This document shows, piece after piece, positions 26,686-40,119 of a stretch of 64,000 nt of DNA. This DNA is from Octopus vulgaris (Eukaryota). Made by a program: the position numbers and the translations under genes. Under the pieces are notes generated by a model. It did no database searches. It saw nothing but the letters and a program-made list of their open reading frames with translations, and was not told the origin of the DNA. Position 1 is the stretch's first letter; each line of letters begins with the position of its first letter. The stretch is taken from contig OX597820.1 of NCBI GenBank assembly GCA_951406725.2, positions 79,360,001 to 79,424,000 of the forward strand. The letters run 5' to 3'.

Positions 26686-27143
26686 TTATCATCATCATCA
26701 TCATCGTTTAACATCCGCTTTCCATTCTAGCATGGGTTGGACGATTTGACTGAGAACTGGCGAACCAGATGGCTGCACCAGGCTCCAATCTTGATCTGGC
26801 AGAGTTTCTACAGCTGGATGCCCTTCCTAATGCCAACCACTCTGAGAGTGTAGTGGGTGCTTTTATGTGCCACCAGCATGAGGGCCAGTCAGGCGGTACG
26901 ATCATATATTCTTATTTCTTTATTGCCCACAAAGGGCCAAACACAGAGGGGACAAACAAGGACAGACAAAGGGATTAAGTCGATTACATCGACCCCAGTG
27001 CGTAACTGGTACTTAATTTATTGACCCCGAAAGGATGAAGGGCAAAGTCAGCCATGGCGGAATTTGAACTCAGAACGTAGTGGCAGACGAAATACTGCAA
27101 ATCATTTCGCCCGGTGTGCTAATGTTTCTGCTAGCTTGTCGCC

Positions 27144-27400
27144 ATATATTCTGATTGTTGGGATGCATACAATGGTATTACTGAAATGGATGCGACACCA
27201 AAATACACCCATTTCAAGGTGAACCATTCGGAAAACTTCGTAGATCCAAAAACAAATGTCCACACAAATTCTGTTGAATGTTAGGTCTCCTAGCACACTC
27301 ATCAGACAATGGCCACATGCACCAGCTGATGATTGTGTTGGGACACCAGACATGTTATGAAACAATGTTTGACATGTTCTCAGCACATGAAACTAATACT
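27144..27400 (+). mobile_element. Merlin (IS1595/ISXO2-like) transposase fragment
   Basis: IYSDCWDAYNGI..YTHFKVNHSENFVDPKTNVHTNSVE matches the SD.W.AY / VNHS.NFVDP..HTN..E motifs. Confidence 0.85.
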
Positions 27401-29419
27401 AGCACATAAAAATATATATTGTGTTTATTAAATAATATTTATCTCTCACCATATGGAGTACATTTTTTGTTGATCTTAACATCACAGAACAGTACACTAC
27501 ACATACACACACACATTCATCATCTACAAGATTGAAACAGATTGCACACATATATATCTTTTACTTGCTTCAGTCATTGGACTACAGCCATGCTGGGGCT
27601 CCACCCTGAAGGGTTTTAGTCAAAGAACTTACCTGAGAGTACTTATTTTTGTTTATATCTGGTTCTTATTCTATCAATCACTTTTGCTGAGCCTTTAAGT
27701 TGCAAGGACATAAACAAACCAACACTGATTGTCCAGTAGTAGAGATGGATGAATACAACACAGACACACACACACGTGCAAACACTCACACATACACACA
27801 AACACACACACGAGCACTCACACACACACACTCACATACAAACACACACACAGACACACATTAACATGCGTGCACACACACAAACACATATACACTCACA
27901 TACACAAACACACACACACACACACAATGAGCCTCATCACAGTTACCATTTACCAAATTCATTCACAAGGCATTGGTCAGCCCAGGACTATAGCAGAAAC
28001 CATTTAGCCAAGGTACCATGCAGCGGGACCGAACCCAAAATCATGTGGTTGCAAAGTGTGACCTTTTTTAATGATACAACCATGTCTCTGCCCCTTTCTC
28101 TTTATAGAGAAGGACGAACTCATTCACACAGACATATAAGTGTGTATTCATATCAACTGATGCTCTTCCGATAAGATGTAAGATGCAGGAAGGAGTGGTG
28201 GTGATGTTGCATAAGATTTCGCTGCTCTTTCATTGGAGATATGTTTAAGGCAAACACTTGTAATGTGAGAGATTAGAGAAGGGAGACATTGAAAGTAAGT
28301 CGGGAAAATCTAGTAGACATTTAAAACAAGATTTGCAAAAATGGAAATAATAATAACAACGATGGTGATGGAAAGAAGAAGGGAGAAGAAAGAAAAGAAG
28401 AAATGAAAGCAAGGAAGTAAAAGAAAAGAGAAGAAATGGAAGAGGGAGATGAAGAGAGTTGCTGAGACATATTTTGTTCATAAAACTAGAACAGGAAAAT
28501 GAAAATTAAAAGAAAAACAGAAATAAACTGCTAAAAAAACAATCAGGAACTCTGTGAACTTAGAGGCTTGTTATTTATACTAACTTAATATAAAAAAGCT
28601 TATAAGTATAATGTAGAGGCCAGTTAGCTTCTTAATTCTCCAAATATTAGATGTGTTTAACACTGACATAACTGTAGAATTTTATTTGGTAAATCAGTGG
28701 CATGGTGGAAAGTAGGATGGGTTGCTAATGCATCTGATAGAAATCCTGGCAGTATTTAGTTTCACTTCTTTGAACTCAGAGTTCAAATATTGCCAGAATC
28801 AAATTAGTCATCCATCTTTGAAGAGGTGCTTTGTACCAGTTGAGTACCAAGGTTGATCCTCCCTCTCCCCACCCACCCTCTCTCTCTCTTGGAACTGGCT
28901 TAGCAGCGTTTCTTCCAGATCTTTATGATCTGAGTTAAGGTCCTGTTGTGAAGTCATCTTTGCCTTTTGTCCCTTTTGAGGGGGTTGATAAAATAAAGTA
29001 CCAATCATGTACTGGCATCAATGAAATCGACTTAACCCCTTCTTTCAAAACTGCTGGCCTTGACCCCCTGCAAGGGGCCAATGTCCTGCTCAAGGGGAAT
29101 GATGTGAGCCTTAAGAGTGTTAGAGCTCAAGAAAAAAAAAACAGTACAGTGCAAAGGGTCATGAGAGACTAGTCACAGCATCTGTAATGTAAAAAAGGAT
29201 AGGAGATGCTACTGGTTTAATTTTGAAAATCTCTAGAGATCTATCGCGATAGAGCTTCCCATGCTCCATGATTTAGCCATTGCAGATGATGATGAAAACA
29301 GTAAACTGAAGAATTACTGATTCAACCTCATGGATATAAATTTTTTAAATTGTTTAAATTGTGGAATTAATTTTATGTGATGAGGCAGGAGAACAATCTA
29401 ACATTTGAACAGAACCTTT

Positions 29420-29715
29420 TTCCAAAAAAGAATAAATTGTCACAATTCACTTGGGAAATGCAAGCATAAGACCGCCCTGCCTGGTGAAGCTATACCAACA
29501 GAGATGCCATCATGTAGGAACAGAACAGGTTTGAAGGAGCACAAAGAAAACGTGGACCAGATAAGTTCAGAGCCAACTCCTTGCCTTCAACCCCAGCAGA
29601 CCACCAGCGCCTGACCTTTGATAGAGCTTTTCGAGCACACATCGGATGAATTGTCCACAGCCAGACACACAAAGCCCTGTCATCTCCTTGGTCATCATCA
29701 TCAACAACAGATGAA
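29420..29715 (+). mobile_element. RTE LINE 3' end with degenerate C-terminal zinc finger
   Basis: Encodes TWEMQA*DRPAW..EQNR..RKR..DRAFRAHIG*IVHSQTH. Confidence 0.65.
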
Positions 29716-31117
29716 CTTGTAATAATAATAATTACCATTCCAAATTCATTTCAGATCAAAACCTATTTCTTTACTACCCACAAGGGGCCAAACGCAGAGA
29801 GAGCAAACAAGGACAGACAAACGGATTAAGTCGATTATATCGACCCCAGTGCGTAACTGGTACTTATTTAATCAACCCCGAAAGGATGAAAGGCAAAGTC
29901 GACCTCGGCAGAATTTGAACTCAGAACATAGTGGCAGTCGAAATACCGCTAAGCATTTTGACCAGCGTACTAACGTTTCTGCCAGCTCGCCACCTTCAGA
30001 TCAAAACCTAATGTTAAAAAAAGGACATATTAGTCAATGTAGTCTAAGATATACTACAGCTAGAAAAAAAATGGGATGGTCATAGGTGGAGCACATTAGT
30101 CATAGATCTGCCTGATAATGGTTGATCTAGGGGTGAAACAACAACAGAAGAAAAAAAAGGAATTAGGGTTAGTTACAAACTAGTTCTCATACTTGTTTCA
30201 GTCAATGGACTGTAGTCATGCTGGGGCACCATCTTGATGGGTTTTAGTCAAACAAATCAACCCCAGTACTTACTTTTAAATCTAGTACTTATTCCATCAG
30301 TGTCTTTTGCTGAACTGTTAAGTCATTGGGATGTAAACACACCAACACTGGTTGTCAAGCAGTAGTGGAGGACAAACATAAAGATACAACAAGCAGCCAC
30401 ACAGTCTCCATTAACCAAACTCATCTACAAGGCCTTAGTTGACCTTGGGCTATAACAGAAGATACTTGCCCAAGGTGCTGTGCAGTGGGACTGAACCTGA
30501 ACTGCCACAGTTGCAAAACAAGCTTTGTAACCTTGCCTAGCGTGGCTTTCTATCAGTTATGATGACAAGGGTTCCAGTTGATTCAATGACTAGAATAGCA
30601 TGCTCATGAAATTAACATGCAAATGGCTGAGTACACCACAGACACATACTTTTAATGTAGTTCTCAGGGAGATTCAGCGTAACACAGAGTGTGACAAGGC
30701 TGGCCCCCTTTCAAATACAGGTACATCTCATTCTTGCCAGCTGAGTGGACTGGAACGAAACAAAATAAAGGGTCTTGCTCAAGGACACAACGCGCAACCA
30801 GGAATTGAACTCACGACCTTACGGTCATGAGCTGAATGCCCTAACCACTAAGCCACACACCTTCACTTTGTAACCACTCAGTTATGTCTTCAATTAATGT
30901 ACATATTAATGAAACAGCTACTGATATGTTATCGGTAATTCTTTCATTACCGCTGAAGCAAACAGGAATCTCAACTTCAGCAGGATGTTAACAAACAATG
31001 ACACATAGAATTACATGTTCAACCTATTGTTTCAATGCTATTGCTCCCATCATTACCAGCATCATGATCATTTTTACATCTGCTATTTTTTTTTCCCCGT
31101 GCTAGTATGAATTAGAC

Positions 31118-31400
31118 CAGTGATTCTCAACCAGGGTCCACGTCAGGGGTGGACTCAAGTGAGAGCCAGAGGGGTACGTGTCCCCTTCAGGAAAAGAAGT
31201 GTGCCCTTGGAAATAATGATATTATGACCATTTCTCCTGGAATTGTATTCCCTTCTGATTTTATGCCCTCCCTTAGAAAAATTCCTGGGATCACACCTGC
31301 ACGTGATCCTTGAGGATCCTGATAAGATTTTCTTGAAATTTGTCAGCAATAAATTGGTTATACTTCCACAATACATAAAATATTTTTTATCAATTATTTT
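31118..31400. mobile_element. Truncated hAT-type MITE with a nested 156-bp MITE (31144-31299)
   Basis: CAGTGATTCTCAACC end, as at 62722-63022. The nested element has CAGGGGTG..CACACCTG termini flanked by CACGT on both sides; a second copy lies at about 39840-39988. Confidence 0.65.
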
Positions 31401-31839
31401 TATACAAGGCATGGCTGTATGGTAAGAAGTTTGCTTCCCAACCACATGGTTCTGGGTTCAATCCCACTGCATGGCACATTGGGCTGGCCAAAGCCTTGTG
31501 AGTGGATTTGGTAGACAGAAACTGAAAGAAGCTTATCATCTCTCTCTCAGAATATATATTTATGTGCATGTTATTTGGTTCTCTATTTGTCCACCACCAC
31601 AACCACTTGACAACCAGTGTTGGTGTGTTTACATCCCCATAACTTAGCAGTTCAGCAAAAAGAGATTGATAGAATAAGTACCACACTAAAAAAAAATAAA
31701 ATAATGGAGTCAATTCATTCAATTAAAACTCTTCCAGGTGGTGCCCCAGCATGGCCACAATCAGATGACTGAAACAAATAAAAGAAAAAAAACAGAAATT
31801 CCTGATAATAACCAAAGAAATATAACAGGATTTTTAAAA

Positions 31840-32095
31840 CAGTGAATGGCTATGAGGGTCCACCCCAATAAAATAAGAACCAAAGGGGTGGAGGGGTGGC
31901 ATACATGGCTTGTTATGGGTCCGCAAATGAGATCTGAGCCCAGCAAAAGAAAGGCAGGGTCTGTCACAAACTGTGCACACAAAAAGGTCACTGAGATTCA
32001 CCTTCTCAATCACAACTTTCTTCTTTAAATCTCTCTTGAGTCTTGCATGTGTTATCTTGGCCTCCTTAAAAGCTTTCACTCCACTCCATCCTTCA
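31840..32095 (-). mobile_element. RTE LINE 3' end with C2H2 finger
   Basis: Encodes GVKAFKEAKITHARLKR..FVCTVCDRPCLSFAGLRSHLRTH. Confidence 0.7.
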
Positions 32096-32105
32096 CCATA
32101 TATAC

Positions 32106-32142
<37 letters not shown>

Positions 32143-32192
32143 CATATACATATACACACATACACACACGTGCGTGCACACACACACACATA

Positions 32193-33759
32193 CTGGGTGT
32201 AACAGCAAAATTGTCATGCTCACAAATTCTTAAAACATTTTAAAACCAATAAGCTTATCAATTTGCAATTTTCCATGTTTTGCAGGTAAGATGACTGACC
32301 ATACTGACACCAAGTTTTGTAAGAATCAGTGAAATACACATTGAGATATTAAGCTAGAACAGTAACAGGCTGAAATCGTTTTGTGCCAGCCTCACCATGT
32401 CTTCCCAACTGAACAATGTTGAAAGGGCTAAAATCATCCAGACCTTCAATAATGGTATCAACATCCATTCTCCAGCTTCATTCTCTTCAAAGTCCATTCA
32501 AGAACCATCAAGAGAATTGCGAATAAGTTTGAGAAAATGGGGATGGCAGAGATGAAAGGATCAGGATCAGGAGGTCATAACTGCAAGAAGGGTCATCATT
32601 TCAATCTGGAGTTGAAGAGATCAATCAGAAGAGATCCAACTCAATCTGAAAGATGCTTGACACATGAAAGAGAAGTTTCAGCTATAACAGTTCAAAGAGC
32701 AGTGACAGAAGACTGGAAAATGAAGTCCTACATGATATCTATGAGGCACCTTGTTACTCCAGGACAAAATGTTAGGAGGCTGGAGAGGGCAAAGGTTATC
32801 TTGAACAAAACGAAACACAATTCTGGAGTGACCTTTTACCCAGATGAGAAGAATTTCACCCAAGATATGCACACAGACACAACAGCCATGTTCCAGCCTC
32901 AGCTCCTCACAAGAGAACCAAGATGTTATTTTCAGGTATAAAACCCCTGTCAAGGTAATGGTTTTCACCTGCGTAGCAAGAAGGTGTCATTGATCATGTT
33001 TAAGAAGGCTGAGAGACTGACAGGAGTCTGTTATGTTCAGATTTTGAAAGGCGTAAAAACCCGGATTCTTTCTGAACATCCTAAGGTAAGAGACAAGGGA
33101 CACCCCAACAAGATCGCTAAGGACTTTAAGTTTGTTTTCCAGCAAGATGGAGCTCATTGTCACACAAGTTTAATGGCTCAAAAATTTCCCAGGAATGAGT
33201 TTGGGAACAGGTTTTGGGATAAGGATACTTTGGTCTCCTTCATCATGTGATTTAAGCCCTTAAAACATCAGGATCTGGAATGACTAGTCAGAAAAGGCAA
33301 GCCCTCAAAAACTTCATTTGTAGGATGTGAAAGGAGGATATTGGTGAGAAATTCATTAAAAAAGCTTGTGGTCTAGTCAGGAAGAGGGTTGAAGAAGACA
33401 TTGCCAAAAACAGAGCAAGTCTTGAATGCCTAACAGGTAGGATTTCAGTCAGGATTCTCTCTGGCACTTTGAAATAAAACTTTAAGCTTCCATTTGAACT
33501 TTTTTACCAATCCTTTATGAGCTCCCAATCCTAAGCTATGGTTAATTATTTATGAAAATGTCATTTTCGCCAATGATCAACTTCATCCTGATTCTTCTGG
33601 TGAGCTTGGAGAGTAATCAATATTTTTTCTTGCTCAAAGAAGTGTCCAAAAGTGTTAGAAAAACCTCTGATAATTCCATTAAGTTATCATTAAGCATTCC
33701 TGAGACACAAAGGTTTGAAGCTGAGTCTAAAATTTGAACAATTTTGCTGATACACCTGG
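32193..33759 (+). mobile_element. Full-length degenerate Tc1/mariner (maT/DD37D-like) element
   Basis: TA target duplications, TIRs CTGGGTGTAACAGCAAAATTGT / ACAATTTTGCTGATACACCTGG. Transposase from ATG 32397 has FYPDEKNF, KVMVF, FVFQQDGAHCHTS and WSPSSCDLSP, with frameshifts and stops. Confidence 0.9.
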
Positions 33760-33767
33760 TAAATATA

Positions 33768-35048
33768 TATCAGGTTATTAAGAATGAACTGGCTAATTTT
33801 TAACTGAAAGTTTATTTTACTTTATTTCAACAAAAACCAATGCAGTTAACCAAAGTATGAACCTAAATTATCAACACTATTTTGCCATTTTATTGGTAGC
33901 TTATTTATGCTGGCAGCAAAGAATTCTGGAGAGCAAGAGGTGATGAAATCACGAAAGGCTGCTTTTGCATCTTTTTCAGATTTGAAGATTTTTCCTTGCA
34001 AAAAGTTGTCTAATGCCTGCAAAACAATATAGTCAGCTGGTGCAAGGTCTGGTGAATATGGTGGATGACAGAGTACTTCCAAGTTCAGTTCCTGTAACTT
34101 CAGTAGAATTCTTTGTGCAACTGCTACTGTTAAAAAGAATCCATTTTTCATCACACATAACAATACGATGCAAAAATGGTTTGCTTTTATGCTGTGACAG
34201 CAAAGAATAGCAAGTTTCAAGATGACGTGTCATTTGATGCTTGTTCAGTTCATGTGGTACCCACTTGTCCACCTTCTTTACCTTGCCGATTTGTTTCAGA
34301 TGGTCCTATACAGTCAGAATCGAAACATCAAACCTTGCTGCTAACACATGTATAGTTTGAGATGTATCTGCTTCCACTACAGTTTCCAGCTCATTATTAT
34401 CCACCTTGGTCTCAGGTCTATCACGGGGCTTTAAAGAATGAAATGCTTTTTGTTGCTTAGATTCAGGCCAGTCCTTATTGAGCTGTCCCATGGTGAAGAC
34501 ATTTCAGGCGTGACCATAACCGATTTTCTTTTGTTTATTGTTCTTTCAGAAATGTATTCATTTTTTCTTTTATTTGTTACAGTCGGAATCGAAACATCAA
34601 ACCTTGCAGCTAACTCATGTGATGATGATGTATCTGCTTCCACTACAGTTTCCAGCTTATTATTATCCACCTTGGTCACAGGTCTATCACGGGGCTGACT
34701 TTTAAGAGTAAAGTCACCAGACCGGAACTTCTCAAACCATCGACATACAGTATGCCCTGCCACATCTTCACCAATCACCTCATTGATGCTTCGAGCTGTC
34801 TGGTACACATTGGTTCCACGAAGGAACTCGTATTAATAAAAAACACGAATTTTTTATCTGCCCCAAAAACTGATTTGCAAGAAAAAACTCACACTATAAT
34901 CAGACACCATGAACTGCATTTCGAAAAGTGATGATGTAACTCTTCAATGTTGTAAAACAAAAAATTGTCAGGATAAAAACATTAGAGTTAACAACAGTCA
35001 AGCTTGGTGCATAAGAAAATCAGACATTTCATACTTAATGACCTGATA
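33768..35048 (-). mobile_element. mariner (DD34D-type) element, internally deleted and rearranged
   Basis: TIRs TATCAGGTTATTAAGAATGAA / TTCATACTTAATGACCTGATA with TA flanks. Motifs KWVPHEL, RIVMCDEKW and HPPYSPDLAPADY are present; the second catalytic Asp region is missing. Confidence 0.9.
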
Positions 35049-35146
35049 TATATATATGGAGAGTTTACGAAAAAAACAAAAGACGAAGACAGGTGGTGTA
35101 CAAAACAAACAGATGTATTAGTATAACGCTCAGGAATAGGAAAAGT

Positions 35147-35182
35147 CTTTTACGTTTCGAGCCTATGCTCTTCTACAGAAAG
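35147..35182 (-). ncRNA. Minimal hammerhead-like motif with CUGUAGA core variant
   Basis: CTTT-CTGTAGA-A-GAGC(ATAG)GCTC-GAAA-CG-TA-AAAG. Stems I and II pair; stem III is the palindrome ACGT. Confidence 0.55.
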
Positions 35183-35856
35183 GGACAAAAAAAACAAGGA
35201 GAGAAAAAGATGTGTAGTGGCTACGTGTGCGTGTGTGTACACACATGTATATACACACACGTATATACATACATGCAAATATATCCACATGCATAAATAT
35301 ATATACACACACACAAGCATAAACATACACATGTTTATATATACATACAAACACACACACATGATGGTCTTCCTCACAGTTTCCATCAGCTAATTCTTCT
35401 CACAAAAGATTTTCTAGCTTGAGGCTCTAGTAGAAGACACTTGACCATTGTCACACAATGGGATTGAACTCAAAACATAGGGCTGCAAATTAACCTTCAT
35501 AACCATACTGCCGTGTTGCTTTACAGTGAGACATGCAACATGAACGTTTTTACAAAAAAGTGTGAGTCTGCTACATTCATGCCAGTGCTGGTGCCACATA
35601 AAGAGCATCCAGTCCATACTATAAAGTGGTTGGCATTTGGAAAGGCATACAGTTGTAAAAACCATGCCAAAACTGACCTTGTCTGTGTTTGTACCATGTA
35701 AAAAAGATTCAGTCCACTCTGCTGGGTGGTCGGTGTTAGGAAGGGCATCTAGCTGTAAAAATCCCACCAAACCAGACACAGGTCTGGTGCAGTCTTCTGC
35801 CTGGCCAGCTCCTGTCAAATTATCCAACCCATGCCAGCATGGAAAGTGGACGTTAA

Positions 35857-36078
35857 CCCTTTTATTACCAACCTGGCTGAAATCAGCTCTGGTTCTGTAG
35901 TACAAATGTCTTGTTTTCACAAGTTTTGAATTAAAATCTTCCACTAAACTTTAGTCACAATTTATGTTCCTAACACTAACTGAATGATAACTAAGTTATT
36001 TTACTAAATTCTTTGTTATATTTAAAATTAATTGAAAGAAACACAGAACATCTCCACAGAAATACGGTAACAAAAGGG
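35857..36078. mobile_element. piggyBac-type MITE (222 bp); truncated second copy about 61895-62089
   Basis: TTAA|CCCTTTTATTACC..GGTAACAAAAGGG|TTAA, inserted into the TTAA of an RTE tail. Confidence 0.85.
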
Positions 36079-39000
36079 TTAAACAATGATGATGATGGCT
36101 GTGTGATTAAGAAGTTTGCTTCCCAATCATGTGATTTTGAGTTCAGTCCCACTGTATGGCACCTTGAGCAAGTGTCTTCTACTATAGTCCTGGCCTGACC
36201 AAAGCCCTGTGAGTGGATTTGATAGATGGAAACAGAAAGAAGCCCATCCAATATATATAAATGTATACAACTGTGTACATGTATGTCTACGTGCGTTTGG
36301 TCACCTTGTGGCATTGTGTGAGTGTTGAAAACAAGAGTGACTAATCATTTAAGCAACATCCTTCATCTCCAAGTTCCATGAAAACTTGTCCAACCATTTG
36401 AAAAAATTACTTTATTTGGAAACAGGTGAAGGTTAGCAACAGGAAAGACATCTGGTCATAAAATCTGCCTCTACAAATTCCGTCCAACACAGGCAAGCAT
36501 GGAACTGGACGTGATGATGATGATGATGGTGGTGGTGATGATATCTATATTATTAAAATATTCAAAATTTAATATTGATAAAAATAAAAAAAAACTTTCG
36601 AATTCTTAAACAATAGGAACTGTTGCAGTAACATAATCTCGATTTTATGAAAGTTTGTCAATGATAGACATCTAAGATTTTTATATATTAATTTCTGACA
36701 TAGATTAGAAGACCACAAATGTGAGATTATAGTTAATTAATCTGTATCTACTTTATTTTACTGACCATGGTAAGAATGAAAGAAAAAGTGATTTGAACTT
36801 AGAACGTAAAGCAATAAACCTCAAAGGTATTTTCCGCTGCTCTTACGATTTTACTAATCCATTATCGTTTTCTAATTATTAACAACAAGTACAATGTGAT
36901 ATCTCCTACTAACTTATGTCTTTAATTCTGGTAAATAAATAAAATTAAAATTATACACATACATACATATAAACATATATCCATACAATATACACATATT
37001 TGTTTAGAGTCTAACTGCATCTCTTTTTCGTTTCTTAAGTAACCGATTTATTTACGCTTTAGAAATGGAGTAAACATCTTCAGGTCTCAAACATTGAAAA
37101 AAAGAAACCGATCTAACATTTCCCGTCCATAACTACAGACGCTTTGCAAGACACCAAATGCATACAAGACATCAGTTAACTTTAATTAATAAGAACTCAA
37201 GGCGATACACTATCGCTTTCACCTCACCCTCCGCAAAAGCACAATATTTTAGGATTACTTTTCCGAGGGCATCTGCAATGCAAACATAGAAAACCTTTAT
37301 CAACCAAGAACAGTGGTCTTGGTCCTCATTTGCTCGAACTTAACCCTCCTTCAAGACACTTAAGAATAGGTGCGGTGTTTGTGCGTGTCTGAGTTTGTAT
37401 GCGCAATACATATCGATATGTATGAATAATGTGGGTTCATTATATGTTAAACATTATGTGTATTAAGGAAACAATGGGTAAATTCTAATTGTTACTCCTG
37501 TCTCACAAAATGGATGTTATCTCTTGGAGGCGGACTTTCAGAATAGCTATCACTACCTCATGAAGAAGGAAGAGGGCAAGAAATTGGAGGTGGGGGTGTT
37601 TCTCTGAGATAATTTTTTGTTAAAGGAGTTTTAATTCAATTTATATATTTTTATACCCATTTCCGTACAACTTCCCGGTAAATTTTCGTTATTACATCCG
37701 TATTATACACGGGTATAATAATGAAATATCGATGATAATAATAATAATTCTTTATACTATAGACACATTGGTGCTAGGGGCCGGTCTATTACATCGACCC
37801 CAGCGCTCCACTAGTGCTTATTTTATTGACCCTGAAAGGATGAGAGGTAAAGTCGATCTCGACGGAATTTGAACTCAGAACGTAAAGACGGATTAACAAA
37901 TCAATTAAATAACAACAGGAAAATGGTGAGACGGAATCTTCCTCTATAGATAAACACACCAATAAAACATTAACGGTATTCCTTCAGTATTGGTCTACAG
38001 AGTGTCGGTTCGAGGAGACGATGTCATCCACCGTCTTTTTCAGCCTATGGGTGAATGACGTTGTGTACCAATGCCGAAGGATTGCTACATCAACATTTTA
38101 AAGAAACTTAGGATGCTACAAAGTAAGTTTTAAGTTTTTTTATTGTCGATCATTGAGAACATTTATGGGGAAATAAAGTATCCAGTCGAGCTGTTGTCAT
38201 TGAAATTGGGGATGGTTATAAGATAGAAATTAGTAAATACGAAAGGGTAAGCTGCCCTACATGAAGAATTAACCCCACCGGCTTAGAAGTGATCACTACG
38301 ATACGATTTCGATTCACAGTTGAAGCTAATTTACTTCACGGAAGTCATTGAGTTCTCTGGGAAGGGCATGAGTTTCACTTCATCTTATTATATGATAAAT
38401 ATCTCTAATATTAGATGCTGGTAATTATGAATAGTAAAACAGAAATACATATAAATTTTTCTGACATTAAAGGTTTAACTATTATTCGTTTCACCTAAGA
38501 GACTGTACGTGGAATAAAAAGATAAATAAATACTTTATCTGCAAAGTTTTAAACAGAAAAAAATAAATTTGATAGTTTAGTTACCGGTTATTTTTGATAT
38601 AACAGATCCCAGCAGGAAAATATATTCACTCATGGATTAAAACTGGAGAGATGGTAAGAAAATGCTTCGCAACGTTGTTGAGAGAGAGAGAGAGAGAGAG
38701 AAGGAGAGAGTACCTGTTTCAAAAACTGATAATCGTTTGAGCTGTTGCCTTAGCGACTGACACAAGGACACCATAAACATATACAAGTATAACACACGTT
38801 GTACAGCTTTATTAATAAAGTCTCTCTCTCTCTCTCACACAAGAGTATCCAGATACATAACGTACAGGTGCTAACCTCGTATTAATAGCTAGAAATCAAT
38901 AAATGCGCGCAAATATATTAAGAATGCCTCGGCATATAAACAAAAGTGTGCAAGCTTAGCGATATTCAGAACAGGTTTAAGAAAAATGGTTTCGGAGCTA

Positions 39001-39270
39001 ACTTTTTTTTTAAGATGTATAACCACGATATATGAAGTATTGACGAAACAATCAATGCTTTAAAGAATGAAATGCTTTTTGTTGCTTAGATTCAGGCCAG
39101 TCCTTATTGAGCTGTCCCATGGTGAAGACAGTTCAGGCGTGACCATAACCGATTTTCTTTTGTTTATTCTTCTTTCAGAAATGTATTAATTTTTTCTTTT
39201 ATTTGTTTCAGTCAATTGGCTACGACCATGATGGAGCAACGTCTTGAAGGGCTTTAGACGAACAAGTCGA

Positions 39271-39645
39271 GGTACTTTATAGTTATCTCACCCCCTTTTA
39301 CAAAAATGGGTTATCTTCCCCCCGTTTTATGAGAAATATCGGTACTTTTGGTTATCTCCCTCAACGAAAAAAATCGTTTAACCACCCAACGGAAAAAAAA
39401 AGGAAAAAAATTAATAAACATGAAAATTGAAAAGATGAAACATCTTATTGAATCTGATGACATTTTTATAACAAATCATACAATGCCTATTGAGGAGGTC
39501 AAACGTTAACAATATGTTTAAAAATTGAATCAAATTCTAACTCTTTTAATCCAATCTCTTGTGACATAAACTCAACATTTTAGTGGGGAGATGATCCAGA
39601 TTTTTAATGGCAATTTTTTAAATGGGGGTGAGAAAAATCAAAATA
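39271..39645. mobile_element. Putative DNA-transposon remnant inserted in SINE A
   Basis: Interrupts the SINE at aagtcga/aaatcga (possible target duplication); subterminal inverted TCTCACCCCC / GGGGGTGAGA. Confidence 0.45.
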
Positions 39646-40119
39646 AAATCGACCCCAAGACTGGATATTTTAAAGTCTAGTAGGTGTGTTTACGTCCCTG
39701 TAACTTAGTGGTTTGGAAAAGAGACTGATAGAATAAGTACTAGGCTTTAAAAATGAAGTTTGTCCTCTCATTACCACTTGTCAAGTGGTAATGGGAGGAC
39801 AAACTCAGACACAAAGATACACACACACACATATATATACAGACCCTAGGGTGGGGGCCTGAGGTGCACGTGCCCCCTCAAGAAAAAGAAGTACACTCTT
39901 CTAAATAATATTATGCCCTTATCTCCTGGAATTGTATTCTCTTCTGATCTTGTGCCCTCCCTTTAAAAAATTGCTGGGACTGCACCCATACATGCATACA
40001 TATACAACAGGCTTCTTTCAGTTTCCATCTACCAAATCTACTCACAAGGCTTTGTTCAGTCTGGAGCTATAATAGAAGACACTAGCCCAAGATGCCATGC
40101 TGTGGGAAGCAGGCTTCTT

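Noticed and set aside
33846-34272. Host SETMAR-like gene
   Set aside because: No SET domain; bounded by TIRs, deleted and frameshifted.
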